Source: Polyangiales bacterium
Lineage (GTDB): Bacteria; Myxococcota_A; Polyangia; Polyangiales; Polyangiaceae
NCBI GenBank assembly: GCA_038230375.1
Contig: JBBRNJ010000017.1
Coordinates: 32,001-96,000, forward strand
Direction of reading: 5' to 3'
DNA length: 64,000 bases
In this document: positions 59,294 through 64,000 of the stretch, piece by piece
How positions within the stretch are numbered: position 1 is the first letter of the stretch
Layout of the letters: every line of letters starts with the position of its first letter
The notes under the pieces: generated by a model
What the model was told of the DNA's origin: nothing
Databases searched by the model: none
Seen by the model: only the letters and a program-made list of their open reading frames with translations
Translations under genes and position numbers: made by a program

Positions 59294-60618
59294 GCGCGAT
59301 CGTCCTCCGCGGTGTGCATGCGTTCGATCCCAGCTCGGGCGTGGACGGGATCATCGACGTCGTCGTGGAGGAGGGCAAGATCACGCGCGCCGGTCGCGAT
59401 GCCGGACGCGAGCTCACGGCGGCGCCGTCCGAGAAGGTGCGGATCATCCAGGGGCTCTCCGAGCAAGGCAACCAGCGCTGGCTCTTCCCCGGCTTCGTGG
59501 ATCTGCACGCGCACCTGCGTGAGCCCGGCAACGAGTCCAAGGAGGACATCAAGAGCGGCCTCGCCGCCGCGGCTGCCGGTGGCTACGTGGACGTGTGCGT
59601 GATGCCGAACACGCGACCCGTGAACGACTCCACCATCATCACCGAGTGGATGGTCCACAAGGGCAAGGCCGCGAACAGCGCACGGCTCCACCCCATCTGC
59701 GCGATCACCACGGGCCAGAACGGCGAGGCCCTCACTGAGATGGCGCTGCTCAAGGAGGCCGGCGCGATCGCCGCCTCCGACGACGGCAAATGCGTCACCC
59801 GCAGCGACGTCATGCGCCGCGCGCTGGAGTACGGCAAGACGTTCGACCTGCCCATCATCCAGCACGCAGAGGACCACCTGCTCACCCAGGGCGCCGAGAT
59901 GCACGAGGGCGCGATCTCCGCACGTCTCGGGCTTCGTGGGTGGCCGCGCATCGCCGAGGACATCATCGTCGCGCGCGACGTGTTACTTGCAGAATACACG
60001 GACTCTCGCTACCACGTCGCGCACCTGTCCACGCTGGGCGCGGCGCGCATCGTGCGCGAGGCGAAGTCGCGCGGCATCAAGGTCACGTGCGAGGTCACGC
60101 CGCACCACCTGACCATGACCCACGAGCTCTTGATCGGCTACGACACCGCGTGCAAGGTGAACCCGCCGCTTCGCGAAGCCGAGGACCTCGAGGCGCTGCT
60201 TGCGGCGCTGGCCGACGGCACCATCGATGCGATCGCAACGGACCATGCGCCCCATACCGCCGCTGACAAGGAAGGGCCCATTGCCGACGCTGCCATGGGA
60301 ATGATCGGACTGGAGCTCTGTCTGCCGATGCTGCTGGGCCTCGTGGACAAGGGCAAGCTGCCGCTCGCGCGCGTGATCACAGCGCTGTCGCCCGGTCCTG
60401 CGAAGATCGTCGGGCTCGCGCAGCCGCGCATCCGCGAGGGGGCAGCGGCGGACCTGACGCTGGTCGACCGCGCGGAGACGTGGATAGTCACGCCGGCGCA
60501 GCTGCGCTCGAAGAGCCACAACACACCGCTTCTGAACCAGACCGTGCGTGGCCGCGTGAAGGCGACGCTCCGCGACGGCATCTTCATTCACGACGAACTG
60601 GAAGGCAGACGCCCATGA
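59290..60618 (+). CDS. pyrC: Dihydroorotase
   Basis: DLHAHLREPG, MPNT, CEVTPHHL, KVNPPLR, IATDHAPH. Confidence 0.96.
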   Translation: MSAIVLRGVHAFDPSSGVDGIIDVVVEEGKITRAGRDAGRELTAAPSEKVRIIQGLSEQGNQRWLFPGFVDLHAHLREPGNESKEDIKSGLAAAAAGGYVDVCVMPNTRPVNDSTIITEWMVHKGKAANSARLHPICAITTGQNGEALTEMALLKEAGAIAASDDGKCVTRSDVMRRALEYGKTFDLPIIQHAEDHLLTQGAEMHEGAISARLGLRGWPRIAEDIIVARDVLLAEYTDSRYHVAHLSTLGAARIVREAKSRGIKVTCEVTPHHLTMTHELLIGYDTACKVNPPLREAEDLEALLAALADGTIDAIATDHAPHTAADKEGPIADAAMGMIGLELCLPMLLGLVDKGKLPLARVITALSPGPAKIVGLAQPRIREGAAADLTLVDRAETWIVTPAQLRSKSHNTPLLNQTVRGRVKATLRDGIFIHDELEGRRP

Positions 60619-61751
60619 CGAACGCGCGTGCAGGAGGTGAGGACTCTCATCTGGTCCTCGCTGACGGAACCATCTTCCCCGGCAAGGCGTTCGGCGCGCG
60701 CAAGGTGTCCACGGGCGAGGCGGTCTTCACCACGCAGATGACGGGCTACCAGGAGATCCTGACGGACCCGAGCTACCACGGGCAGATCGTCACCATGACG
60801 TCGCCCGAGATCGGCAACTACGGCATCAATCCCGAAGACGCGGAGTCCATGAGCGGCGCGCCGAGCGTCCGCGGCTTCGTCGTGCGCAGCCTGTCGCCCA
60901 TCGCTTCGAATCAGCGCGCCACCGAGACGCTCGATGCGTACCTCGTGCGCCACGACGTCGTTGGCATCGCGGAAGTGGACACGCGCAAGCTCACGCGCCA
61001 CCTGCGCGACAACGGCTCGCAGAACGCCGCGATCGGCGTGGGTGATCCCGCGGCGCTCCTGGCGCAGGCGCGCAAGGCGCCGGACATGAGCGGGCTTGAC
61101 CTGGTGCAGTTCGTCACGCCGAAGGAGCCGTACACCTTCACGGAGAACCAGGGCGTCTTCGCGCCGGCGGCACCGCGGAGCCTCGCCAAGGGCAAGCACG
61201 TGGTGGTGGTGGATTTTGGTGCAAAGAAGAACATCCTGCGCTGCATGGTCGCTGCGGGCTTCCGTGTGACCGGCGTGCCGGCGAAGACCTCCGCGAAGGA
61301 CATCCTGGGCCTCTCACCCGACGCGGTGTTCCTGTCGAACGGCCCGGGCGATCCCGCGGCGCTCGGCTACGCGGTGGCGATGGTGCGCGACGTGCTCGGC
61401 AAGAAGCCGCTCTTCGGCATCTGCCTCGGACATCAGCTCCTCGCCCTGGCCCTGGGTGGCAAGACGTACAAGCTGAAGTTCGGGCACCGCGGCGGCAACC
61501 AACCCGTGAAGGATCTGGCTACGGGGAAGATCTCGATCACGTCCCAGAACCACGGCTTCTGCGTGGACCTGGCGAGCTTGCCGCCCGGCATCGTATCCAC
61601 GCACGTCCACCTGAACGATGGCACGAGCGAGGGCCTTCGGGCAGACAGCGTCAACGCATTCAGCGTGCAATATCACCCAGAGGCAGCCGCCGGCCCCCAC
61701 GATGCCCTGGATCTCTTCGAGCGGTTCGCAGAGCGCGTGGCGCTTTCGTGA
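60615..61751 (+). CDS. carA: Carbamoyl-phosphate synthase small subunit
   Basis: TGYQEILTDPSY, LSNGPGDP, GICLGHQ, SQNHGF, QYHPEA. Confidence 0.97.
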   Translation: MTNARAGGEDSHLVLADGTIFPGKAFGARKVSTGEAVFTTQMTGYQEILTDPSYHGQIVTMTSPEIGNYGINPEDAESMSGAPSVRGFVVRSLSPIASNQRATETLDAYLVRHDVVGIAEVDTRKLTRHLRDNGSQNAAIGVGDPAALLAQARKAPDMSGLDLVQFVTPKEPYTFTENQGVFAPAAPRSLAKGKHVVVVDFGAKKNILRCMVAAGFRVTGVPAKTSAKDILGLSPDAVFLSNGPGDPAALGYAVAMVRDVLGKKPLFGICLGHQLLALALGGKTYKLKFGHRGGNQPVKDLATGKISITSQNHGFCVDLASLPPGIVSTHVHLNDGTSEGLRADSVNAFSVQYHPEAAAGPHDALDLFERFAERVALS

Positions 61752-61775
61752 GTTCACGGTATAGTTGGTAGGTCG

Positions 61776-62627
61776 ATGTCGACTCATCGCTTGTTGCTTG
61801 GTACTGCGGTCCTCTGCGCCCTGGTGATTTCAGCCGCGTGTGGAACGGCCGCAAAGAAGAACACCTTCGTCCCCTCGGGTGACGGCGGCCCCGACACCAA
61901 CACGGGTGACGGAGACGACGCTGCCGTTCTGGACCCGACCCCCACGGGCTCCCAGACCGACGTGGGCGATCACCCTGCTACGGGCGACGGTGGCAAGACC
62001 GACGCGAGCCGCGGCGGCACCACCGGCACCACCGTGGAGGCCGGCGTGGACTCCGGTCCCGTCGTGCCTGTGTACTGCGCCGGGCCGCTCGCCGTGGGCG
62101 ACGTGCGCGTCGTCGAGCTGATGATCAAATCGCAGACGGCCGCCTTTGACGACGGCGAGTGGATCGAGCTCCAGAGCGCACGCGACTGCATCCTGAAGCT
62201 GGGCGGCGTCGTTGTCGAGTCGCCATGGGCGACGGACGCGGGCAGCGGCATCGACTCCGTGACCATTCCCATGGGCTTCGAGCTCCAGCCGAACGGCATC
62301 TTCGTCGTCGCCGACACGGACAGCGTCACGTACAACCACGGCATCAAGCCGGTGTTCTCGCTCGACACGATCGACGCCCTGGACGACGACGGTGACAAGA
62401 TCACCGTGAAGGCGGACAGCAAGTCCGGGAGCACCGTGCTTGACGCATTCACCTACCCGAAGTTCACCAACCTGCCGGTCGCGCGCTCCATGAGCTTCCC
62501 CTCCGACTGTGCGTGGTCCCAGCGCTCGGACTGGCCGCACTGGAGCTACACGTTCAACGTCTACGCCACTGGCTTCAAAGGCACGCCGAACGGTGACAAC
62601 AGCGACGTTGCGTGTCCGGTTCCGTAG
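61776..62627 (+). CDS. Lamin-tail-domain (LTD) lipoprotein
   Basis: SAAC lipobox, low-complexity linker, VVELM...DGEWIEL LTD signature. Confidence 0.75.
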   Translation: MSTHRLLLGTAVLCALVISAACGTAAKKNTFVPSGDGGPDTNTGDGDDAAVLDPTPTGSQTDVGDHPATGDGGKTDASRGGTTGTTVEAGVDSGPVVPVYCAGPLAVGDVRVVELMIKSQTAAFDDGEWIELQSARDCILKLGGVVVESPWATDAGSGIDSVTIPMGFELQPNGIFVVADTDSVTYNHGIKPVFSLDTIDALDDDGDKITVKADSKSGSTVLDAFTYPKFTNLPVARSMSFPSDCAWSQRSDWPHWSYTFNVYATGFKGTPNGDNSDVACPVP

Positions 62628-62675
62628 CAGCGGAGTGGCAGCTGCCTGGCAGTGCCTGCTGACCGGCGCTAGACG

Positions 62676-63566
62676 CTAGACCACCGTGACGACGTTCATC
62701 TGCCGCGCGATCTTGTCGCGGACTTCCGCGCCTTCGAGCCTGTGAACAAGGTGCAGGCCGAGATCGATCGCGGCCGTGACTCCCGATGCGGTGACCACGT
62801 GGCCTTCGTCCACCACGCGCGCGTCCACGTACGTGGCCCCGTAAACGGAAAGCTGGTCCTTCGCGCTCTCGTGGGTGGTGGCGCGCTTTCCTTGCAGGCG
62901 GCCAGCCGCGCCCAGCAGGAGCGAGCCCGTGCACACGCTGGCGACGAATGCATGCGGACCAGGAGCCCGCAACCAGGCCAGGACGTCCGCGTCGGAGACC
63001 AGCTCACGCGTGGCCATCCCACCAGCAACGACCACCAGATCGTACGAGGCGAGCGGCGGACGCACACGCGCGGCCTGCACGGTGAGCCCGAACGACGAGA
63101 AGACATTCGCGCCGGAGGTCGCCGACACGACCTCGCATTCCAGCGTCGCGTCAAAGCCCATGGTCTTCACGCGCGACACGGGGTCGAGCACGCCCACAAG
63201 ATCGAGCAAGGTCATCCCCGAGAACGCGACGAACGCGATGCGTGTACCTTGCACGCGATCCGGAGCGTCCGCGAGGGAATCGAGCGTGAGCTCGTTTGCG
63301 ACGGCGGAGCGCGGGATCGGCCCGAGCACGTGAGGCATTGGCCCGCGCGGCGTGGGGTCCTCTCGCACGATCGCCCCGACGCGACGCGGATCGATCTGGA
63401 GGACCGTGACCTCCTCACCGGGCTGGAAGTAGAGCCGCGCGCTCTCCGCCACCGCGGTCACGTAGGACGTGTGCACGAAGCCGTCGGCCGCGAGCGACTG
63501 CGGCGCGTGCTCCGTCCATCCCGGGCGAAGGTCGGCCTTCCTTGCTACGTGATACAGCCACTGCAT
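62676..63566 (-). CDS. DUF952 + DJ-1/PfpI (InhA-like) fusion protein
   Basis: N-terminal LYHV...SLAADGFVHTS...PHVLGPIP (DUF952); C-terminal TLLDLVG, SVCTGS, ATTH, SGVTAAIDLGL (DJ-1). Confidence 0.85.
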   Translation of the reverse strand: MQWLYHVARKADLRPGWTEHAPQSLAADGFVHTSYVTAVAESARLYFQPGEEVTVLQIDPRRVGAIVREDPTPRGPMPHVLGPIPRSAVANELTLDSLADAPDRVQGTRIAFVAFSGMTLLDLVGVLDPVSRVKTMGFDATLECEVVSATSGANVFSSFGLTVQAARVRPPLASYDLVVVAGGMATRELVSDADVLAWLRAPGPHAFVASVCTGSLLLGAAGRLQGKRATTHESAKDQLSVYGATYVDARVVDEGHVVTASGVTAAIDLGLHLVHRLEGAEVRDKIARQMNVVTVV

Positions 63567-63586
63567 GCCGCAGACGGGGGATCGAG

Positions 63587-64000
63587 CTACTTACGGAGCT
63601 CGATGTCGACGCGACGATCCTTCGCGTAGCCCATCTCATCTGAGCCAACGGCGTCCAGCGCGCCGCGCGACGTCTCGAACATCTTGTCCTCGCCCAGGCC
63701 CTGCGACGAGAGGAAGCCGCGCACGCGCTGAGCGCGGTTGTGGCCGAGCGACATGTTGTACTCCTGCTCGCCGCGCGCATCCGCACGCCCCGTGAGCATC
63801 ACCGACTTGCCCTTGAGCGGGCCCGTGGTGAGGCACTTGGCGATCTGCCCGAGCAGGTTCTTCTCCGCCTCCGACACGTCTGCCGAGTCGTAGTCGAACT
63901 TTGGAGAGAGGCCCGGATCCTGGAGATTGCAGGCGCGCTGGATGTCATCCGACACGTTGAGCGCGGGATCCTTCAGTGCCTTGAACGCCACTGCGCCCGC
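63587..64000 (-). CDS. OmpA/Pal-like peptidoglycan-binding protein (5' end outside the window)
   Basis: FDYDS, GRADARGEQEYNMSLGHNRA, SRGA, DRRVDI. Confidence 0.9.
   Translation of the reverse strand, partial: AGAVAFKALKDPALNVSDDIQRACNLQDPGLSPKFDYDSADVSEAEKNLLGQIAKCLTTGPLKGKSVMLTGRADARGEQEYNMSLGHNRAQRVRGFLSSQGLGEDKMFETSRGALDAVGSDEMGYAKDRRVDIELRK

Overview
A high-GC chromosomal segment with no mobile elements. The gene style (Cys-rich lipoproteins, PEGA/TPR proteins, gliding-motility homologues) suggests a myxobacterium of the Sorangiineae/Polyangiaceae type; this is inference. Housekeeping loci are lspA-lgt-folD, a type 2 ileS, hpf-ptsN-hprK-rapZ-ptsH-ptsI, rpsO-pnp, glnD, tRNA-Leu(CAG) and pyrC-carA, interspersed with many secreted or surface proteins. 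The most notable items are: (1) a compact divergent cluster of a fatty acyl-AMP ligase, two ACPs and a KS/chain-length-factor-like pair with no reductive enzymes nearby; (2) a three-gene operon of a Cys-rich 5'-nucleotidase, an OB-fold lipoprotein and an outer-membrane barrel, resembling a surface nucleic-acid scavenging system; (3) an IleRS with altered HNGH/KESKG signatures and a ~115-aa double-psi-barrel-like insertion, sharing a CATG start with a divergent gene; (4) a duplicated RBS and 23-codon uORF coupled to hpf; (5) a 21-unit hexamer array after folD; (6) a DUF952-DJ-1 fusion. No CRISPR array, transposase, integrase or rRNA was seen. All family calls come from motif recognition by eye, not database searches.
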